Shown here one piece after another: positions 49,972 through 64,000 of a DNA stretch of 64,000 nucleotides. Every line of letters begins with the position of its first letter. Position 1 is the first letter of the stretch. Source of the DNA: Podarcis tiliguerta (Eukaryota); the NCBI GenBank assembly GCA_965153285.1, contig OZ229111.1; one strand, given 5' to 3'. The translations under genes were made by a program, and so were the position numbers. The notes beneath the pieces are model-generated. The model saw nothing but the letters and a program-made list of their open reading frames with translations, had not been told where the DNA came from and ran no database searches.

Positions 49972-50490
49972 ATTTAATTTGTATACCACTTGCATGGGAG
50001 GTGCCTGAAGAAGGGCCTCAGATTATGATTGCAGGGTCCAAGTCAGTTCATACTGAGAGGTGGACCTGAGGTATTGTGGTCCTGAACTGTTTAAGGCTTT
50101 ATAAGTCAAAACCAGCACTTTGAATTGGGTGCGGAAACTAATTGGAAGCCAGAGGGCCTTCTCGGTAGTGGCACCCGCCCTGTGGAATGCCCTCCCACCA
50201 GATGTCAAAGAGATAAACAACTACCTGACATTTAGAAGACATCTGAAGGCAGCCCTATTCTGGGAAGTTTTTAATGTGTGACATTTTAATGTATTTTTAA
50301 TCTCTGTTGGAAGCCGTCCAGAGTGGCTGAGGAAACCCAGCCAGATGGGCGGGGTAGAAATAATAAATAATAATTATTATTTATTCAATAAGCAGCCTGG
50401 CCACCGAAATCTGTGCTAGCTGAAGTTTCCGAACTGTTGTCAGAGGCAGCCCAATAACACATTGCACTAAGTTAACCTGGAGGCTCCCAA
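49970..50490 (-). mobile_element. L2-type LINE fragment (minus), interrupted by a plus-strand L2 3' end
   Basis: The minus strand encodes WLPISFRTQFKVLVLTYKALNSSGPQYL (L2 C-terminal motif) and resumes after ~50390. Confidence 0.7.
50152..50385 (+). mobile_element. L2-type LINE 3' end with AT-rich tail
   Basis: gagggccttctcggtagtggcacccgccctgtggaatgccctccc...ccagatgggcggggtagaaataataaataat. Confidence 0.8.
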
Positions 50491-52366
50491 GGCAGCCTGA
50501 ACAGGTTGGGGGCAGCGGCATGGTGGTGGTGGGTGTCCTGGATTTTTGTTAGAAAAAGTTGGGGGTGTATGTTCTTATATAAGGAACAAATAGAGGAAAC
50601 GATGGAGGAAAATAATGAACACATTAGTTGAATGTTTATGCTTTCTTCATCTAGGAATTCAGCCAGGAGCTACATATTCCATGGGATGTATTCCTAAGGC
50701 CCCAAACAGAAAAAAATTCAACACCATCTCCTTTCATAAATAGTGCGGTCTTGAAATACTGCCTCATAGTACTCTGGGATTGGCTCATCTCATGTCATGG
50801 TGCCTCAGAAGTGCTGAACCTGAGTAGGACTGTTGCCCATTGTTCAGTCTCGGCAGTATGGGGCTCCACTAAGCAGCAATCTCGGATTTGGATGGGGTTA
50901 CTTCAAAAAACACAAAAACCCATTTGTTTCCTTTTATGAGCTGTTACTACCAGGTTAGGATGATCCTGTTTTCTTAAAAGGCTCTTCCAATATTAAAACA
51001 GCCAGTGCAGCTAGCCCTCCAAAGCAGGGAGGGGGCACTACATCTATAGTCAATACTGAATGTTTTAATATTAACTGTCCCTTTCCATATATTTGAGGGG
51101 ATATAAAATGCAATGAAATATTATAGAAAATATCTATACCATCAGGTCGTACTGCAGCATATCATATCAGAAAGCAGCATCTTCTATAACAAAACTATGT
51201 TTCTGGGGTGGTGAATGGTTCCTAAAAGCTAAGTTAATGTAAACTGCCAGTGCTGACTAATAACTCACCCCTGGTCTTCTAAATTTAAGCCCCATACTTA
51301 ATAGCTGTAAGATGGTATTTCTTCTGTGAGGACTGTCTCACCAAATAATTTACATCTAACATTTAAACTACATTTCTCTGCAATCATTTATCCTCTCTCC
51401 ATTATCAACTAGCATTTAGGACAGCAGTAGGGAACCTCTGGCTTCTGGGCCTAATTAAGCCCAGCAGGGGTCATAATTTGGCCCATGAGGCATTTTCCCC
51501 AAGGCACAGCCACCCACCCCACACCTGATGTCATATATGACATTAGATGCAAGACAGTAAAAGGATGGCTGCAAAAGAACAATCAGGAGCCTTAAAATGT
51601 GGTTGCAATTGTTTCGTGGCAACTGCAGTCCATATTTAGTGCCTTTTCATTCTGGCACTAAATGCAAGCCACATTGGGATTGGTTCCACTAGGGAGCTTA
51701 AAGAATATCAAACTTACGAGGGTAAACATTACAAATGACATTGTAAGTAATAAATGACATTTATACTTGTGGATTCCAACTGGACTTGGGGACATCCTAA
51801 GGACTAGGATTCAGGAGATGCCATTCTGCTTTTTATTGCTGTGGTATTTTAATTGGTTTTATTGTACATATTAATTATGGATATATTTTAATGTTTGTGT
51901 CAGTTGTTTTTAGACTTGTAAGCCACTTAGAAGCCAATTTTGACATTAACTGGTATATAGTATGGTACAGTATAAGCAAAACAATAATAATATTAGGCTG
52001 TATAAAGGCTTTATTTAGTTACAAACCAATATATTTTAATTGTTAAAGCAACAAATTAATATAAATGCTAGTTCAGTAAATATATGGCTTTCAAATGAGG
52101 AACTATTTAAATCAATGACTTAGTAACTCATATTCAGAGGAAATGAAGGTAGCCTAAGAATAGAGAATGATGGAGGGGGTGTTGGGTGAGCGAGGAGAGA
52201 ACCTCTCTGCATTTAGCATCAGCAGAAGTACTTCAAGTTGAAAAACAATGCTAGGGGTAGGATACTTTTTAAAATTTTATTTTAAATCACTGAATTTTCA
52301 TGCAGCCTGCTTGTCTCTCACTCATGGGAAAGAAAAATATGAACATTAGCAAAAGGATCAAAGATT

Positions 52367-52556
52367 AGTTGTAGAGCACATATTTAGCATGTAGAAGGTC
52401 ACAGGTTTAAACCCTGGCATCTCCAGCTAAAAGGGATCAGGCAGCACCGTGATGGGAAAGACCTCTGCCTGAAACCCTGGAGAGCTGATGCGTTAGAGGA
52501 GACAGTACTTGGCTAACTGACAAATTTCTTTCTTGGTATAAGACAGCTGCCTATCA
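52367..52556 (+). mobile_element. Squam3-like SINE
   Basis: gtagagcacat...gaaggtcacaggtttaaaccctggcatctccagctaaaagg...cctgaaaccctggagagc...gtataagacagctgcct. Confidence 0.75.
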
Positions 52557-54321
52557 TCCATATCCCTGCAAATGAGGGCTGATTAATAAATAAGGGAGAA
52601 GCCATTCACAGCTCCTTTCATACCTAGAAGGAAACTTTATGTCTGTTGTTCTACATAAGGAGCTTGGGATGCACTTCTGCTAAACACAAGGACTGGATCT
52701 GTCAACTTGCCCACTTGCTGTGAGCAAAAGAGGGGTAGCAGTTTCAGGTTCCAAACAGATAGCCAGATCAATTGGAAGTGACTCCACCAGCTGTGTGTTA
52801 GGATGGGAAACCTGTGGCCCTCCAGATATTGTTGGACTAAAACTTTCATCATCCTTAATGAACATTAGCCATGCGTACTGAACCTGGGTTATAATCAAAA
52901 CCTTACAAACATAACAGGTGAGACATTGATGATAAGCATATATATATCTCCCATTCTCTCTTTACAGTCTCCTCAATATAAACGCAATCTGATTGGTATA
53001 GCCTGTATGTGGTGTTCGCATTGCATTTTTATTGTTGAAAACTGGCTTGAGGCTTCTTGGGTATAAGGCAATTAACAGATGAAATAATAATACTTCAAAG
53101 ACTAGTGCAGTGAATCAGCAGTGTCCCGTTACTTCAGCAATTTCAATTTTTTTAAAATATAATAATTATAAGCCAATAATGAGATTATTATTAAGTATTT
53201 AAAACTGGAGTAATAGTAATGGCAAACAATCAAGGACCCTTCTAGCAAACGGAAGGTGACCTGGAACATTTGGATGAAGAAGGTGAAGCAAAATATTCAA
53301 CTGAAAGAGTCAAAGAGTAATGACAATCAGAAAAGGCATTTCCAGGAAAAGGAAGTCAATAAGGGACAGGAAGGGCAAAACTCTGTCATGTTAACTGATC
53401 TCAATGGAGAGGGAGTGGCTCCCAGGGCTGGACTGCGGCTCAGCTCCTGAAAGGTCAGGGACTGAGTCTGTCCTCTGCCCCTGTTTCTCCCACAGACCCA
53501 GAAGTGTGAGGTCATTCAATTTAGTTAGCTATTAACCTAGTTATTTTTAAAAATATGGCTGTCATAGAAACCCATGGGGTTGAATCCAATTGTTGAAGTG
53601 CTTTTGATTCAGCAGCCACCTCCACAAATGAAAGAGGAGGGATGCTGATGATCACTCTGCAGATCCATCACCTTCAAAAATGTGCTATAGAAAGCTAGGG
53701 GACCATTCAGAACAGTGTGGAAGATGGCTGCAGGGGGAAATCACATCCCCTCTTCTTCCATTAGCCTATGCTAGATCAAAGACTCTTTTGTACACAGGAG
53801 GGCTCCTGTTCATGGAAGGGTGTAACTGGATACAACTCACAGATATTCCTTATCTATAGCAGATAAATACATATTTCCAAATGTTCTACTACAGATAATC
53901 AACTGAAAAATTAAACAAATATTCACTATCAATTGCAATTTATTTACATCTTCTGTGCAATGGAATAATTTTGAGAACAGGAAATAATTTAAGATACCCA
54001 TGCTTTGAAATAGGACTAAGCAGCTTTCCCCATTATGGGAAACTGTGTCTTCTCCCCAAGGTGATTTAAAAACCACTCCAGTAAATACCATGCCAATTCT
54101 GGATTTGAACACACACCACTATGTTCAAACAAACAGAAATCAGTCTCCTTTGACTGAAGCGTGATGATGTCTGAGGAACATTCTAAAATTATAATAGGTT
54201 TTTAAATAGCTTTTATACTGCAAGCTGGCCTAACATTATTTGAAATAAGCTGAATTTAAAAATTAAATTCAAATTTGAAATTCATTTAATTGTTAAGGGT
54301 ATCTGCTTTAGATGCTGCACT

Positions 54322-54412
54322 AAGGCTGCGCCTACACACACTTACCTGGGAGTAAGCCCCACCGAATTTAATGGGGCTTACTTCTCATAAACATGCCTAT
54401 GACTGCAGTGTA
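54322..54412. mobile_element. ~90-bp palindromic squamate repeat (MITE-like)
   Basis: cttacctgggagtaagccccaccgaatttaatggggcttacttc; relatives at ~41825-41900 and around the BovB at 46685-47030. Confidence 0.65.
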
Positions 54413-57400
54413 AATGAAAAATGTACAGGCATTAACCTCCCCTGCCCCTTGCAAAGCATGTACCAGGACACACAATCTGAATTCTTTATACTTGCCATAC
54501 TTTAAAAACTCACTTTGGACTCACTTAAATGATCCCAAATAGCCTAAGGGAAGGAAGCTACAGACATTCATAGCTATGCTGTATTTGCTAAGTACAGTAC
54601 AAGCCTTGTATTGTTATTTATAAAGCTGCATTTCTTTTTCTTTTTTTTCAATCTACCATCTCATTACAAGCCAGACCCATGGAGGCACCGTGCATCCCTA
54701 CCCACCTATTCGCTAACTAAATGATTTGGTCTTATTGCTTTGGGTTCTCATTCTGGAAATAACATGAACAGAGGGTGTGAGGAAAATAGCAGTGCCTCCC
54801 TCCCTCCCCTCCCCCCCCCCTGTTGCTGAGTGACAGCTCTTTGAATGGAAGTAATAAAAAGGAATTAAGGACCGCCAAAGTGTATAGAGAGATTTCATTT
54901 TATTATTTAACCTTTAAACAAAACAGGATTTGGCACTTAGAATAAAGTCCCTCAACTCACTCCATGGGCACACAGACAGGAGTGGTGCATATATGAATGC
55001 AAAGACACATGGGGCACAAAAACTGCACCAGTTTAACTCCCCAAGGGCTTTACTTTCCTGCAAAAAAAGGGGTTTTTTTGTTTTGATGAGCTGATTTTTC
55101 TTTTCTTTCCTGTAAGAGGATGCCTACCAGCTTTCAACCTTTTCTGGAGATAAAATACTTTGAACTTACTATTGAAACAAAGTCAATAAAAATAGTGCAT
55201 CAAGCCAGTCTGGGGAAATATTCTTATTCTGCTTGAAAATGGAGCCTGTGAGATTTTCTCTAACTCCATCAGCCAGTTATAAAATGACATGTATACACAT
55301 TGGTCCCACAGATGGGAAAGAATTGATTAGTGTTACATACGGCAAGTACTCTGTTACCCCTGTCATTGGTTATCTTCACTTCTCCCTGTCTAGTTTCAGA
55401 AGAAAGTGCCCAGTTCCCTTCCTTTCATTATAAACTCTTTGGGCCATACCAAGTGTACCACAGTTGAAAGTACTGAATGCCCACCTTTTGTGTTGTACCT
55501 GTCCAAGGAAGGTGTTGCTAAGGCATATATGACATGTCATTGTTATAGCAAGAAGTATATAGTTGGTAACTCATACACTGTAAGTTCATGGAGGAGTTAT
55601 TTTGTTTTCTTAACCATTGTTTTGCTCTGTTTTTCTCCTTTGTTGGGGATGGGCAGAAGGTCAGTAACTCATCTCTGTGCAGCCTGCCTTGGAAGCTCTC
55701 AGTTGAAACTTGTAAATTGTTAGACTAGAGATTTTTTTTAAAAAAACACCAAGATTATTTTTCTTTTTTTTTTTAATTGATGCTCTAACACTCTGGCCCA
55801 CTGGAATCCTAATAAAGTCATTCTTTATAGTTTCATGTATGGTTGATTTTTAGCCATAACACAACTTTCAGTTTAGGAGTACCCATTCATTCCTGTATGG
55901 TATTCCAGACAAACATCTCCCCAATTATGCTACTTGCTGCTAAATGTGATGTTTCTTGCATAAAGCACTTTTGGGGGCAAACAGTAGAAAAACATCACAG
56001 GAATGAGAGAGTTAAACTCTATCCCCCACCTCCCCTACAAAAAAATCCAGATGAGCAGATATGGTTGCTATAACATGCATGGTTAACATAACATGTAGTT
56101 TATGTAAATACAAAATGGTGGTGGCAATAATTTTGTATTTTGATATAGTATGGATGTGTGCAGGTGGAAAGAATGTCATTTTTATACATCCTTTCCCATA
56201 ATTCAACCTTGGCATTTCCATAGGTCATATTCCTACAGTATCATAGGAAGTGAATAATTGCCAGAAGATGTTTTATTCAGGATTTATACAGCACTCAGGA
56301 TCCCCCTCCCATTCTTGATCAGGCAGGATGGAAAACAACTCTGTCCACTAATTCAAGCCAGGTACTAAAATTGCAAGCATTACAGAGCTATCAGAGCAGA
56401 CACTTTACTGTGCATATGCACCAAGGCAACCTATTCCTCATTATTCCCATTCTTTTCTTTAGCCCACAACCCAGCCATTCCAAGAACTAAAGAACTGAAA
56501 AAGAGAGAGACAGCAAAGTGCCCTTTCTCCAGCATTATAAAAAGCCTTTCTCCATGTCATGACTCCTGCATCACTAGACACAATTCAAAATACATAAAAG
56601 CAAGAGCTGATTAAATGGCAACTCCTTTGCTCAGAGATAATACTCCACTTCATTAAAACTAGTTACTCCCTTTTCATTATTTGTAACAAGCCTCTACAGA
56701 ATACAAATGGAAGCCCCCAGCATTTGTAGGAAACTTTGCATTGGTTTATGCTAGATTCAACCCCCCCCACTCCTTTCTTTGCACCCCATCCTACCAAAAA
56801 CATAGTGATGCAATCAGCTGAGGCCCTCTTGCAAACCAAACTTTATTAGCCATCAAGAAGGGTGAAGATAGGAAACAGGGGGCACATCTGTATAAAAGTT
56901 ATCCTCAAATCATTTTGAAACATCATCTCTGCTCTCCCCCCCCCCATCCCCACTTATCTCAGCACCCTTGCTTCTAAACCCACCCTTTCCTTGGCTCTTT
57001 GCTTCATCTAATCCAATTTCAGAGGCGCCTTCTGTCTGCTGTTTCCTGCACTACTGGCTCCTTTTTATCTTCCATATTCATGACATTCCAGACATTTCTA
57101 AAATGAGAGGTACTGGGATTCTTCTGCCTAGATCCTCTGCCATAGAAGCCATTTTTGCTAGCTCCACATTTGTGTTTGCACATCACAATAAATCAGGATT
57201 GTTGGCTTATTGCCACTTATCAGGAACAAGTAGAATACTGCTCGATTACTCCCTCCCTGGTGCAAATGGAAGAAAGGCGCAATTAAGCTTGGCTTCTCAT
57301 TACATCCAAAACCAGATTAGTAGAGAGTGTTTATTCTTTCCCAACAAGCCAGGAATAACATGCTATGTTTTAAGGCTGGCTAGTGATCCTGGCTTGTTAA

Positions 57401-57917
57401 GAGTGAAACAACCACAATCCCAGGTCCAGCTGTCATGGGAAGCCAAAGCTTATTTGCTACTTCTGAGTTCAGTGGTTGCCAGCCTTTTTGGACCCGTCAC
57501 ACTTCAACCAGTGTGATCAGCAGAGTATGCACAGCTCCAGCAGTGTCTTCCAGCAGAACATCAGAGTTTTCCTGTTATCCAGTAGTCAGCCCTTTCCAGA
57601 GTTCCCAGTTAAGAAAACTCCTTTCCTACTCAGTTCAGTTCAGAGTCTTTATTGTCTCCGGGCACAAGACTAACAAACACACTAGTTACATAAACTTTAA
57701 GATGTTGGTACATCATGAACTAATTTACTCTAATACCATTCTTCTGTTCTTGGAAGTAAACCTTGCAAATATATATGTATACAGAGAGATCCACTAGCAC
57801 CTTACCACGCTAGCTCACCATGCTATACTGAACCATACAGGATGTAACCTTCAGTTTCTCTGCTGATACCTTGCACTGAACAAAAATATCTTCTCAGTGA
57901 ATACGGTATCTCACACT

Positions 57918-58116
57918 CAGTGGCAAAGCTGCATGCTCCGGCACCAGGGGTGGAGAGCAGGCAGGGGCGTGGCTGGCGTGCATCCCCGGGGACATGGTGT
58001 GCGTCCCAGGGGTGTGGCACGTGTCCCCGTGGGGCGGGGTGCATTTCTAGGGGGCCAGCTGCAGTGGTACCCCCCTCCCCGATGGTGACAGGGGCGATGT
58101 GCTCCTCCCGCCAGTG
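57918..58116. mobile_element. GC-rich hAT MITE with 8-bp TSD
   Basis: Termini cagtggc ... gccagtg; TSD ctcacact at 57910-57917 and 58117-58124. Confidence 0.8.
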
Positions 58117-59087
58117 CTCACACTCCTGCCACTGCTGCTGAATGCAGTCTTTATACCTGCCTCTGCACTACACACATTCCTTAGGGGAAAGGGTGGCGGA
58201 TGTGTCAAGCACCAGGCATTTAGCCTTGGAATGATTCTAAGTCACCCAGCGCAGCTAGGTAACTTTAAACAGAATCTAGATGTGGCGGGTGGGCTGCTCG
58301 AGTTACACCAACATGCACTCCTTTCCGGATCTCCTGTCCTCTGTCCCCAGCACTATAGCTCCTCACTCATATCCCTGGCAAGCACCATTTTAGCACTGTT
58401 GTGAAGATGATTCGAACTGTTTCACTAAAGTGAAATTGTGCATATTTACAACAACGATGATGAAACAGCAGAGGGAGGAGGAGGAGAACAATGAATCAGT
58501 TAAAGCAATATGTAGGAAGCTGGAAGAAAACTGACAGGGACAGAATGAAGCAACAACATCTGTGGGGAAGTGAATAATAAAAGCAACCATGAAGAGGTGG
58601 GAGAAAGAGGAGGAGGAAAGTGCTATATCCCTCACATGGAGATGCTTGGATGCAATTCCAAATGCAGTAGAAAGTGGAATGGCAGCCACTGGAAATTGCT
58701 GAGAACCTTCTGTCTGAAATGACACCTAGAGAAAGAAATGGTTTCAACAATGTAGAAAAAAGGATATCTGCTTTAATGGGTTATAGTAACATTTGCCAAC
58801 CTAGTGCTCTCTGGAGGTTTGGACCACAGCTCCTTTGCTTGCTGGGGCTAATAGGAATTGTAGTATAAAACATCTGAAGGCCACTAAGCTGGTAGAGTCT
58901 GGGTTATAGTTTACATGGAGACCAAGAAATAGACACTAATCAAGTTTGCTGGGCATCCTTTTCGTTTTTGTTTTCATTATGCATTTGCATTTTTATATTG
59001 TGATTTTCTGATGTAATTCTGTAATCCTGGCTGGACTGGTCTCATGGGTATTTTAACTACTTAAATGAAAAGTTGCTGAGCTTCTTT

Positions 59088-59451
59088 GGGGAAGTGGTGC
59101 TGTGGTCTAAACCACTGAGCCTCTTGGGCTTGCTGATCGGAAGGTCGGTGGTTCGAATCCCCACGACGGGGTGAGCTCCCGTTGCTCTGTCCCAGCTTCT
59201 GCCAACCTAGCAGTTTGAAAGCACAAAGTGCAAATAGATAAATAGGTACCGCTCTGGTGGGAAGGTAAACGGTGTTTCTGTGCGCTGCTCTGCTTTCGCC
59301 AGAAGCAGCTTAGTCATGCTGGCCACATGACCTGGAAAAACTGTCTGCGGACAAATGCCGGCTCCATCAGCCAGTAAAGCGAGATGAGCGCCGCAACCCC
59401 AGAGTCATTTGTGACTGGACTTAACTGTCAGGGGTCCTTTACCTTTTTACC
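59088..59451 (+). mobile_element. Sauria SINE, older or different subfamily
   Basis: gtggtgctgtggtctaaacc...ggttcgaatcccc...caggggtcctttacctttttacc; more CpG decay than the other two copies. Confidence 0.9.
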
Positions 59452-62400
59452 ACAAAAATAGTGCCATACCTGTGGGTTTTCCCAGACATTTTGCCACATT
59501 TTGCAAAATTGCCCCCTAACACAATTTTTACACCTGACATGTAGCTCCCCCCCCCCACCCCAGCAGAAGGCAAGCCTATATTCACATGCCTCTAGTTTAT
59601 CCCCCTTAAAGGGTTTCTATGACTTCACAATAGCTCTTGATATTTAGTACTGTACATCAAATATGGGACATTTCTGCAATGATAATCAGACCAATGCTCT
59701 GGGAGACCATATTTTGTCTGATATATCAAGCTGCAGTCAATAATGCTGAGGAAGAACTTGTGAACAATGCCATTGTGATCACCAAGGGTCAGTAGGATGA
59801 TTAATCGGGGAATCAAATGCCACAATGGTCTCACAGTTTTACAATCTGCTCAGGCTAGCTCCTGCCAGCTCCATCAGTAATAGAGTAGTACAATTATATT
59901 TTTAAAATAGCCTTTCTGGTTGGACAGGCAGTGACCAATGTCATAAGTAATATTTTCAACCATTTCCTTAGAAGAAGCAGCTTCCAATATTAATTCTAAG
60001 ATTGCAGGGCATCACAGTGCATGCCTTTTGATAGGATTAATATGTAATTTGTAGAATCATTCTTGAGCAATAAAGGAATAGAATTTTCATATTATCATTA
60101 CTTACAATTTCATCAAATCTTGATATGCTAATCAACGTCTGAACTGATCCATTTTGGAATGCAAAATTTACAAATGATAGTCAGCACTTAAAGAAATACC
60201 TAGAATGACATTAGTGCAGAATGAAAATACTGTGTTGGCTGAAGCAAAAGACCCAGGTATTCACTGCATGCAGATATAAAAATACTGTAGTATTTTAACT
60301 TGCAAGATTTACTGAGAGAGAAAATAGCAATATGGAGCTTTCATGTAATTAAAACAGCTGCTGAAACCCTTCATATAAAGGACTATGTTTTATCAATAGG
60401 TACAACACTTCCTGTAATACTCAGAATGGAAGGTTTTGTGGATGTATGTGCAATGCTATATTGCATCAAAGAACACCCATGGCACATTTCTTTTACCTGG
60501 ATGACAAATATCTCCAAGTAATTAAATATCATATGAGTCAGGAAATACAAAACAAATTAAACATCAAGGCAAGATGGCAAAATGGTCCAAGCAACAAAGT
60601 GCATCACTTGGCAATTAACACTTCCCATTCGCAGCGGTACCTTTGTTTGCAACTCTGCACCCTCAGCTTGACACATTTTATTACTCCTCAGGTTTTTCTA
60701 GAGGCTTCAATTTAAATTTAAGACATAATCTTTCTGCTAGGACAAATACAAGGCGAGCATAATCTTGGGAATCAATAACAAGCCCGACTGCTGGAAACAG
60801 AGGGGGAAAATAAGCTTACAAGATGTCCTCTGAGAAATGGGGGGGGGGGGCATTTAAAGTCTTCCAGCAGCTGGAAACTAAGAAACCTTGGCACAAAAGG
60901 CGGGCGAGTTTTTCATTTTCACCTAAACTAAGATAGCCCACCATGCAATTTACACCTCGGCTGTCTCCCTCACACTTCCTGGAACTTACACCCCAGAACA
61001 CACACAAGCAGGCACACCCAACTGTACAGCTAGATGAGCTGGAAAGTGACAGCTGTCAGACTTGGTAAAATCTTTAAGTGCAACAATGTACAAGTGTGAA
61101 CCTTATAGTCCGAGCCCCCCTCTACCCAATCAATCCAATTTAAGGGCCTACAGTGACTACCTCTTGGATAGCGCCCACATGCACGTACAGATATTCTCTC
61201 TCTCATACACGACTTCTCACACTGCAGATCCCCTAAGCAAAGGAGAGAAGGATTTGCAACAAGACTGCCCAGCGGACATATTTAAAAACCATTCTCTAGA
61301 GGATTCCCTTCTTTCTGGTCTCTCTTGGCAATCTATTCAAACCACTAGGATTGGCTTTGTTCATTAGACTGCAGAGCCTCCCCTCCCAGGCACACACAAA
61401 ACTGCAATGCATGAAAAGGGTAAATTTGAAAGAGCACATTCAAAGTAACGTGTTCCTTTATTGCCTTTGGGAATAGGGTCAGCTGAAACTCTGAACTCTA
61501 CTCCCTTGAGATATTACAGGCCCCCATTTAATGTCAACTGACTACTCTTTACAACCTGAAACATCCACATTTTTTACAATATTTATATAATGTGTTCAAG
61601 TTTTACTCCAATTATACATTATGAGGAGCAGGGGCAGGGAGAGACAAATAGCCATATCCCAAGTCTGAAGATGTTTTGCGCTTACTGCGTCTCACTTGAA
61701 CAGCAACAATTGCTATCATAATTAGCTAGCCTTATTTACACTACAGCTTTTGGGTTCCTCCCTGACCCCACAGCTAAGATCAATGTTCTCTTAGCCAGAA
61801 TGACTTCACCCCCATTGGGATAACAGTGGAGATCAGCACACCAAGTATTCATACACTCCCTCACCTTCAAAGTGTAGGAAATTCTTGGTGCACAAACAGC
61901 ATTGTTCTAGCAACACTGACGTTTTTTTCACCTGCATGCTTCTGCCAAAATATGCAATATACAGAGATTTATTTAGTTTTTTTAAAAAAGAGAATAAATA
62001 TGCCAGAACACATGGTCTTGTACAGCCCACATGTGGTGGGAGCATTGGCCATATGCAAGCAGAAAACATCTGTTCACTGTGGATGAAGCCTGGTGTGAAC
62101 GCTCATCCAAAGGCAGAACAATATGAAATGTGAAGGGCTGGCATTGTCATTCCCTACATTTAGTCATAAGAAATTTTCTTCCCAGAGAGTTAAATGGATA
62201 TAAGAGATCTTGGGGCGGGGGGTGTCAAAGCTGCTGTTTTCTATTGCTCAACAGGGCTATTATCAGTTGTCTTTTCAAGGAACAGCAAGTGTATGTGCAG
62301 GCTAGATTTCAGCCAATCTTGTACTGTATTGCACTTCAAGTAATAAAACTTTGCCATGAGCATGTATCTCCATAGGTGGCGAAGGAGAACCAAAGATGGG

Positions 62401-64000
62401 GTGGGGAGCAAGACAGAAGCATTGGCATGAGAGAGACAGGGGAAGAAATTATTGGCGAAAGGGACTGAGATGAATGGTACATACATAAGAAAGAGACAGA
62501 TGAACTGTACTCTCAAGAAAGGAAGCAGACGGGACAGAAAGGTTGGGGGAGAAAGAATGATGGCACAACTGGAAGGACGAAAGACAAAAAAAGAACCTCC
62601 CCCAGCCCACCAACTGAATAGCTGGGTGGGGACAACAGCACAGGTTGGAATTTACTAGCCAAAGCATTAGCCACCAAACATTCCAAGTCTCCATAGAAAT
62701 CTATGGGTAGAATTTGGTGTTGCACTATGTTGAACATTCGATCTGCACAAGCATATCAACTTGCCAGGCAGAACAATCCCCCCTCCCTTCCCCCCGTGTT
62801 GTTCTTGGGGTTCTCTAGACACACACACCAAGCCTATTCTGGGGGACGTGTGGGAGAACAGAGTCCTGTTGCACAAGCAGCAGCAGCAGCAGCCACTGCG
62901 CAGGGTTTCCACTAATGGTGTATGTTAAATGAATCCTGTTCTGTATAAGGAAACAATTAATATTATCACCTAGGACACTTCTAAGAAAGGAGCATTTGTT
63001 GTTCCAAACATGATCATTGATGGTTTATTCTGTAAAATATATGTGTATGGGAGAAGAGGCACACACAGTAGCGAAGTGAGCAGAAGCTTGTGGGGAAGCT
63101 CTTACATAAAGAGAACACAGGTAATGATGCCTCTAGAGTCTACCACTTTCCAGATATTAAATTCCTCTTGTAAACAGAACTAAGAAGTCTCAAAAGTAGA
63201 CAGTGACAGGATAAGAGATAGTAGTAAAAAGGAAGAAGCAGGTGCCAAAAGAATATGGGCTTCCCTTGAAGACAGTGTAGAATGCAGCCACCAGCGTATT
63301 GGTAGGTGAATCTACATGTCATCATTAACATGTATTTTTTTGAACCTGCAAAATTATAAAGCCCTGGGTGGCCTGGGACCCTGGTAACTGTTAAATCACC
63401 TCTCCTCATAGAATCCGACCCAGCTTTGAGTTCAGTATGGTGGTGGTGGTGCTTTTCATTGTCCTGCTGTCAGTTGTTGTATACCAAGCAGTGGCACAGG
63501 GTCAGTCCTTCTTTGTGATGGTGCCCTAAGTGTGAATTTCTCTTCCCCTGGAGGCACAGAACGTCCCAACTTTGATGGGATTCCAGCACCAGGTTAGCAT
63601 ATATCTGCACAGTTTTACCATATAATAGGCTGCACAGTTTTATTATATAATGAAAGTCCAGAATTAGGATAAGTCCACATTTTTCTCATAAAAGATATAT
63701 TGCTAGACATTCAGGTGGAACAAACCCTCTATAAAAAGCCTTGAGTGAGAATGTAAGAGCAGCCTTTAAGTGTTAAAGATTGGTTTGAAAACTGCCTGCG
63801 CTGATGGTAGTGTTAATTATGGGGTGGGGAGGTAGAAGACTCATTCTTTGTCATATCACAGAAAACATGGGACCAAATAGGTGTTTCAAATTCTAGTGAT
63901 GCAATGTCTCTAAGAAAGCAAAGACAAAACACAACTGGGTTATCCCTGATCCTCAAGCAGAAGAATGATATGCAAGCAGCTGCAGCCAGCAGAAAGAAGG

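Noticed and set aside
56968-57516. 182-aa plus-strand ORF
   Set aside because: Non-ATG start, no recognisable domain or exon structure, and antisense within an intron.

Overview
Vertebrate genomic DNA from a squamate reptile. The repeat content (Sauria SINEs, BovB, a tRNA-Lys/CR1-tail SINE, Squam3-like SINEs) points to a lacertid-like lizard. The whole window lies inside the 3' part of TEX264 (ER-phagy receptor and p97 cofactor) on the minus strand. Two coding exons are present: the penultimate exon (30308-30491, ERKLCAHPRLEIY...QGDFYVPEMKE...) and the last coding exon (498-820, with the SGSSFEELDL LIR). A 29.5-kb intron separates them, and the upstream intron exceeds 33.5 kb and runs off the window. 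The introns hold three Sauria SINEs, BovB/RTE, CR1 and L2 fragments, Tc1/mariner and hAT MITEs (several with TSDs), two probable solo LTRs, two very decayed endogenous retrovirus remnants, a probable DIRS remnant and two decayed Penelope-type hammerhead ends. There is one assembly gap (5205-5407). Almost all ORFs in the supplied track are spurious. I see no clearly new biological system. The best leads are: a near-identical inverted SINE pair bracketing the penultimate exon, repeat expansions in the TEX264 disordered tail that hit the p97 SHP box, a motif block shared by two divergent LTRs, and the ancient ERV fossils. All family assignments come from recognition of sequence motifs; no database search was run.
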